From Candidatus Magasanikbacteria bacterium CG10_big_fil_rev_8_21_14_0_10_36_32 (GTDB lineage Bacteria; Patescibacteriota; Patescibacteriia; Magasanikbacterales; GWA2-37-8), in the NCBI GenBank assembly GCA_002778465.1, contig PFBV01000003.1, positions 151,736 through 215,735 on the forward strand: a DNA stretch of 64,000 nt. The letters are read 5' to 3'. Each line of letters begins with the position of its first letter. The stretch's first letter is position 1. Below, piece by piece: positions 45,881-56,036 of this stretch. The translations under genes were made by a program, and so were the position numbers. The notes beneath the pieces were generated by a model. The model ran no database searches, had not been told where the DNA came from, and saw only the letters and a program-made list of their open reading frames with translations.

Positions 45881-47929
45881 TTACAAATCATCAATATCTC
45901 TAAGGAAACTCCCGGGAGATATTTTTTTTGGCTGAAATTCTTCCTCCTCTGAAATATAAGATACACCTGCCTCCGAATCATTAAACGAAGTATTGTGGTT
46001 ACTAATGAGAAGAGAGTGGTCTTCCAATAAATCCGGACTAATTTCTTCCAAAAACACACTCGGACCAGTAAGTGAATCGCCGAATGAACCGCCGGACATT
46101 GGATAAGTCAAATATAAATTTTCCTTCGCCCGAGTGATGCCAACATAAAATAACCGGCGTTCTTCTTCCAAACCGCCATCTTCGCGCAAAGCCCGATCGT
46201 TAGGAAAAGCGCCACGCGCCACATTCATAATAAAAACATTTTTCCATTCCAAACCCTTAGCTTGATGGAGGGTAGATAAAATAATTCTATCCGAAGAAAC
46301 CACGCGCTTACCATTTTTTAAAGCAAAATTTTCCGCCAAAGCCGCTTCAGCCAAAAAATCATCCAAAGAATCGTGTTGCTTGGCGAAAATAATTAATTGT
46401 TTTAAATCACTTAATCTCTCAGCGGCGTCTAAATATTCACTGGATAAATAATCAGCATAAGGAGACTCAACCACCACTTCAATCATATCCGACGGTTTTT
46501 TCTCCGAAGACATTAAGGCTGAATAAATATTAAGAAAATTTTGCCATCCGCCGGTCGCCCTATCTCCCAATGATTCACCGATTTGTTTTAACTCATCAAT
46601 ATTTGCCGCACCGGTAGACATTGAAATAATTTTCATCGCACCAGCCGGACCAATTCCTTCTTCGTGTAATAATACCCGAAGCCAAGCGGATGTATCCGAC
46701 GGATTATGCCGCAATCGTAAATAAGCCAAAACATCTTTAATGTGCGCCCGTTCAAAAAACCTCAATCCACCGCGATAATCATATCCTATTCCACGCCGTA
46801 CCAATTCCATTTCCAATTGTTGAGAATGATATGCCGCACGGAACAACACGGCGATTTCCGATGTTGCTGTGCCGGCTTTTAATTTTTTTTCAATTTCACC
46901 GGCGATAAACTTGGCTTCTGATGACTGATCCAAATGCGGTTTAAGCAACGGTTTGGCGCCGCCAAATAAAATTGTTTTTAAAACTTTCTTATACTGTTTT
47001 AAATTTTTTGAAATAATACTGTTAGCCACATCCAAAACGGTTTGATAAGAACGATAATTGGTTTCTAATTTAAAAACCTTAGCACCCAAATAATCACATT
47101 CAAAATTCAAAATATTTTTAACATCGGCGGCGCGGAAAGAATAAATACTTTGCGCATCATCGCCAACCACCAAAACATTATTATGAACCGAGGATAATTT
47201 TTTAATAATAGATGACTGTAAACGATTGGTGTCCTGATATTCATCAACTAAAATATACTGAAACTGTTCAGATAATCGTCGACAAATTTCAGGATTCTGT
47301 AAAAGCAAAAGTAAATTAACCAACAAATCATCAAAATCCATGGCATTGGCTTCTTTTTTTGATTTTGAATATTCACAAGCAATTTTTTCCAAAACAGGAA
47401 CATATTCAAACCAATTCGGATATTTCAAATCCACCACATCGGACAACGGTAATTCGGCGTTTCGGCTAAAACTAATAATATTTTTAATAGCGCCGATGGA
47501 AGGAAATTTTTTTTCAACCGTTGTATCTTTACAATTTTTAACACAAATTTTTAACAACGACTCGCTGTCATCCTCATCTAAAATGGTAAAATTATTTTTA
47601 TAATCAAGCAATGAAGAATATTTCCTTAAAATTTTGTGAGCAATACTGTGAAAAGTTCCCGCCCAAGGCAAACGACTGTCGCGGCCAGTTAAATTTTTCA
47701 CTCGATTAACCATTTCCGCCGACGCTTTATTGGTAAAAGTCAATAATAAAATTTTATCCTCAGAAATTCCTTTTTCCAACAAATAAGCGACACGGTAAGT
47801 GACTACTCTGGTTTTTCCGGAACCAGCGCCGGCTAAAACCAAACAAGGACCGTCGCCCTGATAGACGACGGCCAATTGTTCTTGGTTAAGTTCTGTCGGA
47901 AAATCAATCATGTAAATTTTGTTTACCAA
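45881..47929 (-). CDS. ATP-dependent DNA helicase UvrD/PcrA family
   Basis: AGAGSGKT Walker A, DEYQDT, a UvrD-like C-terminal helicase domain, and an acidic tail. Confidence 0.9.
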   Translation of the reverse strand: MVNKIYMIDFPTELNQEQLAVVYQGDGPCLVLAGAGSGKTRVVTYRVAYLLEKGISEDKILLLTFTNKASAEMVNRVKNLTGRDSRLPWAGTFHSIAHKILRKYSSLLDYKNNFTILDEDDSESLLKICVKNCKDTTVEKKFPSIGAIKNIISFSRNAELPLSDVVDLKYPNWFEYVPVLEKIACEYSKSKKEANAMDFDDLLVNLLLLLQNPEICRRLSEQFQYILVDEYQDTNRLQSSIIKKLSSVHNNVLVVGDDAQSIYSFRAADVKNILNFECDYLGAKVFKLETNYRSYQTVLDVANSIISKNLKQYKKVLKTILFGGAKPLLKPHLDQSSEAKFIAGEIEKKLKAGTATSEIAVLFRAAYHSQQLEMELVRRGIGYDYRGGLRFFERAHIKDVLAYLRLRHNPSDTSAWLRVLLHEEGIGPAGAMKIISMSTGAANIDELKQIGESLGDRATGGWQNFLNIYSALMSSEKKPSDMIEVVVESPYADYLSSEYLDAAERLSDLKQLIIFAKQHDSLDDFLAEAALAENFALKNGKRVVSSDRIILSTLHQAKGLEWKNVFIMNVARGAFPNDRALREDGGLEEERRLFYVGITRAKENLYLTYPMSGGSFGDSLTGPSVFLEEISPDLLEDHSLLISNHNTSFNDSEAGVSYISEEEEFQPKKISPGSFLRDIDDL

Positions 47930-48576
47930 TCTTTCGTCGGATTTTCCAATTCTTCAATTATCTGTTCTCTTACTTTTTTTAAAGTACCTTCAAAAAAAAG
48001 ATATTCACTGTCACTTTGTAAAAATATTTTAACTTCAAAACGCGGTTCATTGCCTTTTTTTCCCCCATTTTTTTCTTTCTTAATGCAAATAATATCTTTG
48101 ATTTTATCTTGTAATCCACGATTTTCAAAAAAAATTCTTAATACTTCCGTCGCTGCTTTGGATGAATCTTCGTTTAATACTTCCGTTCTAAAAGATTTTA
48201 ACGAGGGTTTTTCATCAATCATCTCTTCTTCCAAATCTTTTTCTGGAACAAATGTTTTTTTACGCGGTGCAAATTTTTCCGCTTCAGCCAACAATTTTGG
48301 AATAGTTTTATTTTTTAATACTATTCTGGCTTTTTTAGTATTTTCTGCCTGCTCATCATATTGAATTAAAAATTTTTCAGTATAACGAACCCTTTTTTCT
48401 CCTTCAGGCGTAGTGTACTCTTCAATTAAACCATCTTCAATAGCAAAATTATAATCACCATTATCAGGATCCGGACGACCAAAATACGTGCGCTCGCCAA
48501 CCGCAAAATCGACTTGTCTCGGATAATTCATTTTTTCTTTTTTATCAGAAATTTCAGGACAGTATCTTTCGTTCAT
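47923..48576 (-). CDS. Hypothetical protein
   Basis: 217 aa, charged residues, no motif recognized. Confidence 0.35.
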   Translation of the reverse strand: MNERYCPEISDKKEKMNYPRQVDFAVGERTYFGRPDPDNGDYNFAIEDGLIEEYTTPEGEKRVRYTEKFLIQYDEQAENTKKARIVLKNKTIPKLLAEAEKFAPRKKTFVPEKDLEEEMIDEKPSLKSFRTEVLNEDSSKAATEVLRIFFENRGLQDKIKDIICIKKEKNGGKKGNEPRFEVKIFLQSDSEYLFFEGTLKKVREQIIEELENPTKDW

Positions 48577-48677
48577 AAAATTAAATTAATTAAAAATCAT
48601 CCTTATCATAACAAAGATTGATTTTTTGGTCAAAGGGTGTTAAATTAAATCATAAAAACACTATCAATTATATAAAT

Positions 48678-49841
48678 ATGAAAACAAACAATTTTTTCAA
48701 AATTATCCATAAAGATAAAAAAACACGCGCTAGAATCGGCATTATTCACACTGATCATGGCGATATTGAAACTCCGGTTTTTATGCCGGTAGGAACGCAA
48801 GCGACAGTAAAAACTCTTGACCAAACTGATTTGAATGATTTAAAAACTAAAATTATTCTGGGCAATATTTATCATCTGCATTTACGCCCAGGTGAAAATT
48901 TAATTTCTAAATTCGGTGGTTTGCACAAATTCATGAATTGGAACAAACCGATTTTAACTGACAGCGGAGGATTTCAAGTGTTCAGTTTAGGTTTGCAAAA
49001 AACAAATAAAAACGGTGAAAATTTAATAAAAATTGATGAAAATGGCGTAACTTTTCGTTCACATATTGACGGCTCAAAACATCGTTTCACACCGGAAAAC
49101 GCTACGCAAATCCAGCACAAAATAGGCGCTGATATTATTATGGCTTTTGACGAATGTACACCTGATTCGGCTGATTTAAAATATACAAAAGAAGCGATGG
49201 AACGAACACATCGCTGGGCTAAACGATGTGTTAAGGAACATAAAAAATTAAATAAAAAAAATAATTACCAACAATTTTTATTTGGTATAATCCAGGGCGC
49301 AAATCATAAAAATCTACGGCAAGAATCAGCTAAATTTATTTCCCAATTAGATTTTGACGGAATTGCCATCGGCGGAGAATCAATCGGATATAATATGAAA
49401 GCGACAAAAAATATTTTGAACTGGGTGTGGCCTTTTATTCCTGAAAACAAACCCCACTATGCCATGGGGGTAGGATTATCACCGACTGACCTGTTGGAAG
49501 TAATTGCCGGCGGGATTGATATGTTTGATTGTGTAGCTCCAACTCGCCTTGCTCGACACGGTATGTTTTTTGTTCACGATAAAAAAAATAAATTCCGATT
49601 AAATATTACCAACGCCACTTTTACCAAAGACAGTAAACCGATTGATGACAAATGCTCCTGCTTAACTTGTAAAAATTATTCCAGAGCTTATCTACACCAT
49701 CTTTTTACGACCGATGAACTAACCGGTATGCGATTAGCTACTATTCATAATATTCATTTTATGTTGGAATTGATGAATAAAACGCGTCAAGCGATAAAAA
49801 ATAATAAATTTTCCGAATTCAAAAAAACTTGGTATAAATAA
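48678..49841 (+). CDS. tgt: Queuine tRNA-ribosyltransferase (tRNA-guanine transglycosylase). The ORF track starts at 48618.
   Basis: TPVFMPVGT, LTDSGGFQ, zinc site C-x-C-x2-C...H (CSCLTCKNYSRAYLHH). Confidence 0.9.
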   Translation: MKTNNFFKIIHKDKKTRARIGIIHTDHGDIETPVFMPVGTQATVKTLDQTDLNDLKTKIILGNIYHLHLRPGENLISKFGGLHKFMNWNKPILTDSGGFQVFSLGLQKTNKNGENLIKIDENGVTFRSHIDGSKHRFTPENATQIQHKIGADIIMAFDECTPDSADLKYTKEAMERTHRWAKRCVKEHKKLNKKNNYQQFLFGIIQGANHKNLRQESAKFISQLDFDGIAIGGESIGYNMKATKNILNWVWPFIPENKPHYAMGVGLSPTDLLEVIAGGIDMFDCVAPTRLARHGMFFVHDKKNKFRLNITNATFTKDSKPIDDKCSCLTCKNYSRAYLHHLFTTDELTGMRLATIHNIHFMLELMNKTRQAIKNNKFSEFKKTWYK

Positions 49842-49926
49842 AATAAACTCAAAAAACCCGCTAAAAGCGGGTTTTTTGTTTTATAAAATAATTCCTACTG
49901 TCCGATGGGTGAATAAAAACAAAGTA

Positions 49927-49955
49927 TTGACAAAATCATAAAAATATGTTATTAT
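49927..49955 (+). promoter_or_regulatory. Promoter of the GC-rich single-gene cassette
   Basis: TTGACA, 17 nt, then TATTAT preceded by TG (extended -10). Confidence 0.5.
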
Positions 49956-50020
49956 ACTCCGTTGTTCTTTAGAAAAATAACTAAACGGCCATTAATGGCC
50001 CAAAAACAAGGAGAAAAACA

Positions 50021-50305
50021 ATGAAATATCCGACAATGTTCATTGCTCGCGTGATGATAACTCTGCCAGAACAGAAACAGCTTCGCGCCGCACTGAACTC
50101 CGGCGTGGACACCCCTGTCGGTGAATATCTCTATCAGATGTGCTACTTCAAGCTCACTCCGGACTACATCCTCAATAAAGTAAGAATGCCGCCCGGCACA
50201 AAGGAACGACAAATAGCCCAAAGAATTCTGAAATGTCGTGAACTCTACGCCGAATGGCGCCGTCTCTACATCAAGGAATGGCGCCAGACAAAACAAAAAA
50301 ATTAA
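50021..50305 (+). CDS. Hypothetical protein of 94 aa encoded by a GC-rich gene with foreign-looking codon usage
   Basis: GC is about 48% against a background of about 32%. Uses codons such as CTG, CGC, GCC and TCC. Has its own promoter, an AAGGAG RBS and a terminator at 50339-50375 (gacccccgcg...cgggggtc then tttt). Confidence 0.5.
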   Translation: MKYPTMFIARVMITLPEQKQLRAALNSGVDTPVGEYLYQMCYFKLTPDYILNKVRMPPGTKERQIAQRILKCRELYAEWRRLYIKEWRQTKQKN

Positions 50306-50338
50306 CCTCGTCAGCCGACTGCTCTTTTCCAAAAAAAA

Positions 50339-50375
50339 GACCCCCGCGACTATAATTGTCCGGGGGTCATTTTAA
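50339..50375 (+). terminator. Intrinsic terminator of the GC-rich cassette
   Basis: GACCCCCGCGACTATAATTGTCCGGGGGTC followed by ATTTT. Confidence 0.6.
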
Positions 50376-50386
50376 TTTTATGATGA

Positions 50387-50815
50387 TTATTTAACAAGAC
50401 ATTCTCTTCCTTGAATAATATCCATCGCGCCGGGAGTAGCGCCTTTTATCAACTCATCAGTTCTTTCCTTGCCAAGTTTATCCAAAAAACATTCCTGCAT
50501 AGCCGGCGTTATTTCTGTCGGCAACAAATCAACATTAACTCCCAAATTTTCTAAAGTTTTTTCTTGTTCTGCGTTAAGCAACGGGTTTTTATCATTAGAC
50601 ACATTTGTTTTTTCAACATTAACATCGACGACAGAAGAATTTTCGGTTATATTTTGGCTTAAATAACTATTAATAATCCCACCGATTAATTTTACCCTTA
50701 AATTCATCGGATTAAAAACAATAATAATTAGAGATACTATGGCTAATAAAATTATTATGACCAATGACTGTATTATTTTTTTCATAAAATTAATTAAAAT
50801 ATTTATTAATGACAA
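50387..50815 (-). CDS. Hypothetical membrane-anchored or secreted protein
   Basis: N-terminal TM helix or signal sequence (IIQSLVIIILLAIVSLIIIVF). Confidence 0.35.
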   Translation of the reverse strand: MSLINILINFMKKIIQSLVIIILLAIVSLIIIVFNPMNLRVKLIGGIINSYLSQNITENSSVVDVNVEKTNVSNDKNPLLNAEQEKTLENLGVNVDLLPTEITPAMQECFLDKLGKERTDELIKGATPGAMDIIQGRECLVK

Positions 50816-50852
50816 TTACAACTTGCTTGGTTGTAATTTTTATTTTAAAAAA

Positions 50853-51176
50853 TTAATCTGCTATTCTTAAATTCATGCCTAGCGCCAATTCAATTGCTAA
50901 TCTCACATTTTCCTTATCACTCACTTCTCCCAGAGTTCCGCTGTAAAAAGTTATTTTTCCTTGTTTAGGAAAAATCCATCCACCTTCTAAATCACGCCTA
51001 TCTTTATCCCGCGTCATTTTACCATGTCCTGATTTTGCCACAGTCACAACAAAATTGTCTTTGTTCACAGCATAAGCCAACTGATCAATTTTTTTTAAAT
51101 TAACTCCTTCCAGTTCAAAGGACTTGCGAACTTCATAGGGACTATAATGTTGAAATTCATTTTGAAATTTTTCCAT
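50853..51176 (-). CDS. Hypothetical protein
   Basis: 107 aa, no motif recognized. Confidence 0.3.
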   Translation of the reverse strand: MEKFQNEFQHYSPYEVRKSFELEGVNLKKIDQLAYAVNKDNFVVTVAKSGHGKMTRDKDRRDLEGGWIFPKQGKITFYSGTLGEVSDKENVRLAIELALGMNLRIAD

Positions 51177-51254
51177 AAAAAATAATTATAAACAAACTTA
51201 TTGTAAGTTTATCATAAAAAGCATATAATTTCAAATGTATTTTACTTTAACTTT

Positions 51255-51716
51255 ATGATACACATTAATTTAATTTGTCTTGGAAAACTTAAAGAAAAAT
51301 TTTGGCGTGAAGCCGAAAATGAATACCTAAAACGTTTATCTGCTTTCTCTAAAATAAAAATTCATGAATTAAAGGAAGAATCATTTAATGAAAAAAATTC
51401 GCCTAAAATCATAAAACAAAAAGAGGCGGAGAAAATTTTATCAATTTTAAAAAAACAAGACGGTTTAATTATTGCGCTAGATGAACACGGCCAACAATTT
51501 TCTTCAATTGCTTTTGCCGAAAAAATAAAACCAGCCGGAAAAATTACTTTTATTATCGGCGGACCGCTTGGTTTAGATGAATCTGTTTTAAAAATCGCCA
51601 ATTTAAAACTTTCCCTGTCATCAATGACTTTTACCCACCAAATGGTTCGGGTAATTCTTTGGGAACAAACTTACCGGGCAATGATGATTAATAGCAACAG
51701 AAAATATCACTATTGA
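51255..51716 (+). CDS. rlmH: 23S rRNA (pseudouridine1915-N3)-methyltransferase RlmH
   Basis: SPOUT fold. MIHINLICLGKLKEKFW...ALDEHGQ...FIIGGPLGL. Confidence 0.85.
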   Translation: MIHINLICLGKLKEKFWREAENEYLKRLSAFSKIKIHELKEESFNEKNSPKIIKQKEAEKILSILKKQDGLIIALDEHGQQFSSIAFAEKIKPAGKITFIIGGPLGLDESVLKIANLKLSLSSMTFTHQMVRVILWEQTYRAMMINSNRKYHY

Positions 51717-51911
51717 TTGCTAAAAACTGTAAATCTGTTAGAATAAACATAATCCCCGCGCCAAGAGCGGCGGGGTATCTGGACAAGTTTTTTAAAAGCA
51801 GTGTCGGCTCCGCCGACATTATTCACACTATTGTCCGCTTATCCTGCGACAAAATCACAGAATAATCGCGGACTTTTAATAAAGAGACTTTTCTTTCTTA
51901 TATTATATATT

Positions 51912-52895
51912 ATGAACAAAAAAGAAATTATCGTATCCGGCATTCAGCCAACAGGAAATCTGCATATCGGCAATTATTTGGGCGCTGTAAAAAAATGGGT
52001 GGAACTGCAAAATTCCGGTAAATATGAAATGTACATTTTTATCGCTGATTTGCACGCCTTAACCGGAAAAATGACAGCTGACGAACTGCGGACACAAATT
52101 AACAAAACTTGCGCCGAATTGCTGGCGGCCGGCATTGACCCGAAAAAAACCACTTTTTTTGTTCAATCACACATTCAGGAACATGCCGAACTGGCCTGGA
52201 TTTTTAATTGTGTCACACCGATAAATGAACTAGAACGAATGACCCAATATAAAGATAAGGTAGCGCAATTTAAAAATGCCACCGCTGGACTGTTTACTTA
52301 TCCAATTCTGCAAGCGGCAGATATTTTGCTTTATCATGGTGACTTGGTGCCGGTCGGACAAGATCAAATACAGCATGTGGAATTAACCCGCGACACTGCC
52401 CGCTGGTTTAACAATAAATACGAACAATATTTTCCTGAAACAAAACACTTGCTCACTCCGACGCCAAAAATTATGAGCTTGCTTGAACCCAATAAAAAAA
52501 TGAGTAAAAGTTTGGGACAAGACCATGTGATTGAATTATCTGACGAACCGGAAATTATAGAAAACAAAATTAAAAAAGCGGTCACTGCCACAGAAGGAGG
52601 AGGTGTGGCACCGGGTGTGGCCAACTTATTGGTCTTAATAAAAGAATTTGGTGACCAAAAAACTTATGAAAAATTTATCCAAATGGAAAAAGATAAAACC
52701 ATCCGCTATGGAGATTTAAAAAAAGAATTAGGCGAAGCTGTTGGCAAATATTTTTCCAACTTTCGAACCGAACGGGCTAAACTTTTGAGAGATGAAAAAA
52801 AATTAACCAAGATAATGTCAGTCGGAACAAAAAAAGCTAAAAAGGTCGCGGAAAAAACCATGATTGACATCAGAAAAATAATCGGTCTTAAATAA
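51912..52895 (+). CDS. trpS: Tryptophan--tRNA ligase. The ORF track starts at 51801; the likely start is MNKKEII.
   Basis: Class I HIGH motif (GIQPTGNLHIGNYLG) and KMSKS. Confidence 0.88.
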   Translation: MNKKEIIVSGIQPTGNLHIGNYLGAVKKWVELQNSGKYEMYIFIADLHALTGKMTADELRTQINKTCAELLAAGIDPKKTTFFVQSHIQEHAELAWIFNCVTPINELERMTQYKDKVAQFKNATAGLFTYPILQAADILLYHGDLVPVGQDQIQHVELTRDTARWFNNKYEQYFPETKHLLTPTPKIMSLLEPNKKMSKSLGQDHVIELSDEPEIIENKIKKAVTATEGGGVAPGVANLLVLIKEFGDQKTYEKFIQMEKDKTIRYGDLKKELGEAVGKYFSNFRTERAKLLRDEKKLTKIMSVGTKKAKKVAEKTMIDIRKIIGLK

Positions 52896-52901
52896 AATTT
52901 T

Positions 52902-53180
52902 ATGTCTGAAACAATAGAACCATCTTTTGGTGATTCTCGTAATATTATTGAGAAATTTGACCAAATTACCAATGAAGATATTGCGTCAGTCAGAAACAAA
53001 ATCCTTCCAGAATGTTTAGAGGAATTTGATTCTCTAAATCAAGAAACAAAAATGCGATTTGCTCTTTTAAACAAACTGTCACCGTCTGAAATTAAACAAA
53101 TACTGACCGCCGGATATCTGCCTGGTTTACACAATATTAAAAACGAATTAACAAAATATTACTTACTCACTAACCAATAA
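52902..53180 (+). CDS. Hypothetical protein
   Basis: 92 aa, no motif recognized. Confidence 0.3.
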   Translation: MSETIEPSFGDSRNIIEKFDQITNEDIASVRNKILPECLEEFDSLNQETKMRFALLNKLSPSEIKQILTAGYLPGLHNIKNELTKYYLLTNQ

Positions 53181-53182
53181 TT

Positions 53183-53593
53183 ATGGAAAATCAAACTGCG
53201 CCCGCTTCTGCTAAAATAATTATCATTAAAAATATATATTTTTACCTTGTTTCGTTTGTCGCTTTAATGATGGTGGTTTTTGCTTTGGCTAATTTGATAA
53301 ATATTGCTTTAAAAACTTGGGTTTTTACTAATGCGGATAATTTTTACTATGGTCCGATTTCAACAGAATGCGGTATTCTGGTAAAATCAACCGACTCTGC
53401 AGAAAATGCCACCACCAGACAAATGACTCCTGAGGAGTGCATTAAACAAGACGAAACTAATCGCCAACGTGAAAAAGACAGTCAAGCTTCCCAAAAACAA
53501 CGCGATGCTGTGCGTGATATATCTTTAATTGTTGTTGGTATTCCGCTATTTATTCTTCATTGGCGCGCTTTAAGAAAAAAAGAAAATGTCTAA
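53183..53593 (+). CDS. Hypothetical membrane protein
   Basis: Two TM helices. Confidence 0.35.
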   Translation: MENQTAPASAKIIIIKNIYFYLVSFVALMMVVFALANLINIALKTWVFTNADNFYYGPISTECGILVKSTDSAENATTRQMTPEECIKQDETNRQREKDSQASQKQRDAVRDISLIVVGIPLFILHWRALRKKENV

Positions 53594-54161
53594 TCGACGC
53601 TGGATAAAACAAATAATTTTTATCGCGCTGGCCTTGGTATTGATTATTCCTAGCTGGCGATTTATTGACAAAAAAATAATCAAACAAAAAAAAGATATTC
53701 AATCGTCATCTGTTATTAATAATATGATTTTAAATAGTATTGCTTTTAAGCGTAATGGTTATTTGCCGGCAAAATACTCATGTGACGGTCTTAATGTAAA
53801 TCCTCCGCTAAAAATTACAGAAATTCCTACTAATGCTTCCAGTTTAGTTTTAATTTTTAACGATCCGGATACGGACACCGGACAATGGACTCATTGGTTA
53901 TTATGGAATATTTCTCCTACCACAAAAATAATCGAAGAAAATAATATACCAGAAGAAGCGATTGTCGGCCAAAATGATTTTGGAAACAAAAAATATGAAG
54001 GACCTTGTCCGCCAAATGGTACACATCATTATATTTTTGAACTTTATGCTTTGGACAATAAATTAAATCTGCCGGATGGGGCCGATAAAAATATGGTAAA
54101 AGAAGCCATGATTGGACACATAATCACCCAAACAGAATTAACCGGACTTTACAGTCGTTAA
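53586..54161 (+). CDS. YbhB/YbcL (PEBP/RKIP) family protein, membrane-anchored
   Basis: PEBP motifs DPDTD...GQWTHWLLWNI and GPCPPNGTHHYIFELYALD. Confidence 0.8.
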   Translation: MSNRRWIKQIIFIALALVLIIPSWRFIDKKIIKQKKDIQSSSVINNMILNSIAFKRNGYLPAKYSCDGLNVNPPLKITEIPTNASSLVLIFNDPDTDTGQWTHWLLWNISPTTKIIEENNIPEEAIVGQNDFGNKKYEGPCPPNGTHHYIFELYALDNKLNLPDGADKNMVKEAMIGHIITQTELTGLYSR

Positions 54162-54164
54162 AAT

Positions 54165-54647
54165 ATGACAACAAAACTACAATTACAAAAAGGTTTTTCT
54201 GCCGCAATCAATGAGGCAAAAAAAGGTATCCGCCAAAAACATGGCGGACCTTTCGGCGCGGCTATAATTAAAAATGAAAAAATTATAGCTCTTGGACACA
54301 ATACTGTTTTAAAAAATAACGATCCAACCGCTCATGCCGAAATAAATGCCATACGCGCCGCGACAAAAAAATTAAAATCTCCACATCTAAAAAATTGTAT
54401 TTTAATCGCCACTTCTGAACCATGCCCAATGTGCTTAACAACATCATACTGGGCAAAAATAAAAGCCATTTATTATGCTCTGCCAAAATCGGTTGCCGAC
54501 GATGCCGGGTTTCAAGATAATTTTATTTATAAAGATTTGGCCAAACCAATAAAAAAAAGAAAATTAAAATTAATTTGTTTTCCTTCTTCTATTAAAGACA
54601 GTAAAATGATTTTTACCGACTGGAAAAAAACCGGAAAATTATACTAA
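54165..54647 (+). CDS. Nucleoside deaminase (CDA fold, TadA/guanine deaminase-like)
   Basis: HAEINAI and PCPMC zinc-binding motifs. Confidence 0.75.
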   Translation: MTTKLQLQKGFSAAINEAKKGIRQKHGGPFGAAIIKNEKIIALGHNTVLKNNDPTAHAEINAIRAATKKLKSPHLKNCILIATSEPCPMCLTTSYWAKIKAIYYALPKSVADDAGFQDNFIYKDLAKPIKKRKLKLICFPSSIKDSKMIFTDWKKTGKLY

Positions 54648-54776
54648 AAACTAAATTATCTAAATCACCACTCTATTCCGTCTCATTGACGGAATTTTGT
54701 TTATTGACAATTAACCAATTTAATGATATATAAATAATATTAGAGTTCTTTTAAAACACAACCAAAAAGGAGAAAA

Positions 54777-55985
54777 ATGTTCACCAAAAAAATTTTGGAG
54801 CGTTATGCGCAAGTCTTGGTTTGGGCTTTAGAGCAAGCAAGGGCTGGTTCGGGTGGAATTTACCGCCCTGGCGATATTGTATCAATAACTTTCCACATCG
54901 GCGGCTTAAAGTTGGCAGAAGCTGTCCATAAAACACTTCTGTCCAAAGGTCTCTGTCCTGTTCTTGAATTAAGACAAACCGCCGGAATGGAATCAAATTT
55001 CTACAAATTAGCCAATGACCAGCAAATGGAATTTCGCACTCCTTGGTGCGACCAGCTATGCCATTCGTTAAACGGCGATATTTATATCTTGGCTCCGGAT
55101 TCTATTTCCCATCTGGTCAAAACTGATCCAAAAAAACTTTCCCGGCGGGCGATAATTTTAAAACAAGGCCAAAAAATTCTTGAGAAACGTGAAGAATGTG
55201 GAGAATACGGATGGACACTCTGTTGCTTGCCAACCGCCGCTCAAGCTGCGGCAGCCGGAATGACTATTCGTGAATATGGCAACGAAATCATCCGAGCCTG
55301 TTATTTAGACAATAATAATCCGGTTGCAATCTGGGAATCTTTAACAAGAAAATCACAACACATCAAAAACTGGTTAAAACAACTAGATATCAGACATGTT
55401 CATGTTGAATCAGATAATATCGACTTATCGGTCAATATCGGACAAGATAGAAAATGGGTTGGTTTTTCCGGTTGCAATATCCCGGGTTTTGAAATTTTTA
55501 CTTCACCGGATTATCGTGGCACCAATGGTATCTACTACTCCAATATGCCATCCTATCGTCTCGGACACTTAATTCGTGGCGTAAGGCTGGAATTCAAACA
55601 GGGCGATGTCGTCCGTGCCACAGCTGAAGAAGGTGAGGATTTTCTGCGCGGACAACTAAATACCGATACCGGTGCAAAACGTTTGGGTGAATTTTCGCTG
55701 ACCGACAAAAGAATGTCGCCAATCAGCCGTTTCATGGCAGAAACGCTCTACGACGAAAACGTCGGCAATCCAAATGGAAATTGCCACGTGGCCATCGGTA
55801 ACAGCTATAGTGATACATACAGTGGAAACGAACAGTTAAACGACGAAAAAAAATCACTGCTCGGCTTCAACGATTCAGCCATCCACTGGGATTTGGTCAA
55901 TACCGAATCAAAACGCGTCACCGCCCTTCTTAAAGGCGGTGTAAAAAAAGTAATCTACGACGACGGAATCTTTTTGGTTGATTAA
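54777..55985 (+). CDS. Aminopeptidase, M29 (AmpS/PepS) family
   Basis: About 400 aa. The region ...GEFSLTD...NVGNPNGNCHVAIGNSY...IHWDLV is typical of thermophilic-metalloprotease M29 family members. Confidence 0.7.
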   Translation: MFTKKILERYAQVLVWALEQARAGSGGIYRPGDIVSITFHIGGLKLAEAVHKTLLSKGLCPVLELRQTAGMESNFYKLANDQQMEFRTPWCDQLCHSLNGDIYILAPDSISHLVKTDPKKLSRRAIILKQGQKILEKREECGEYGWTLCCLPTAAQAAAAGMTIREYGNEIIRACYLDNNNPVAIWESLTRKSQHIKNWLKQLDIRHVHVESDNIDLSVNIGQDRKWVGFSGCNIPGFEIFTSPDYRGTNGIYYSNMPSYRLGHLIRGVRLEFKQGDVVRATAEEGEDFLRGQLNTDTGAKRLGEFSLTDKRMSPISRFMAETLYDENVGNPNGNCHVAIGNSYSDTYSGNEQLNDEKKSLLGFNDSAIHWDLVNTESKRVTALLKGGVKKVIYDDGIFLVD

Positions 55986-56036
55986 AATTTTTTAATCTTT
56001 AAGCCCTCTGTAATGCAGAGGGCTTTTTTAAAAAAA

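Noticed and set aside
51717-51911. T-box riboswitch upstream of trpS
   Set aside because: No match to the conserved T-box sequence and no specifier-loop or antiterminator architecture is evident. Retained only as an unexplained structured leader.
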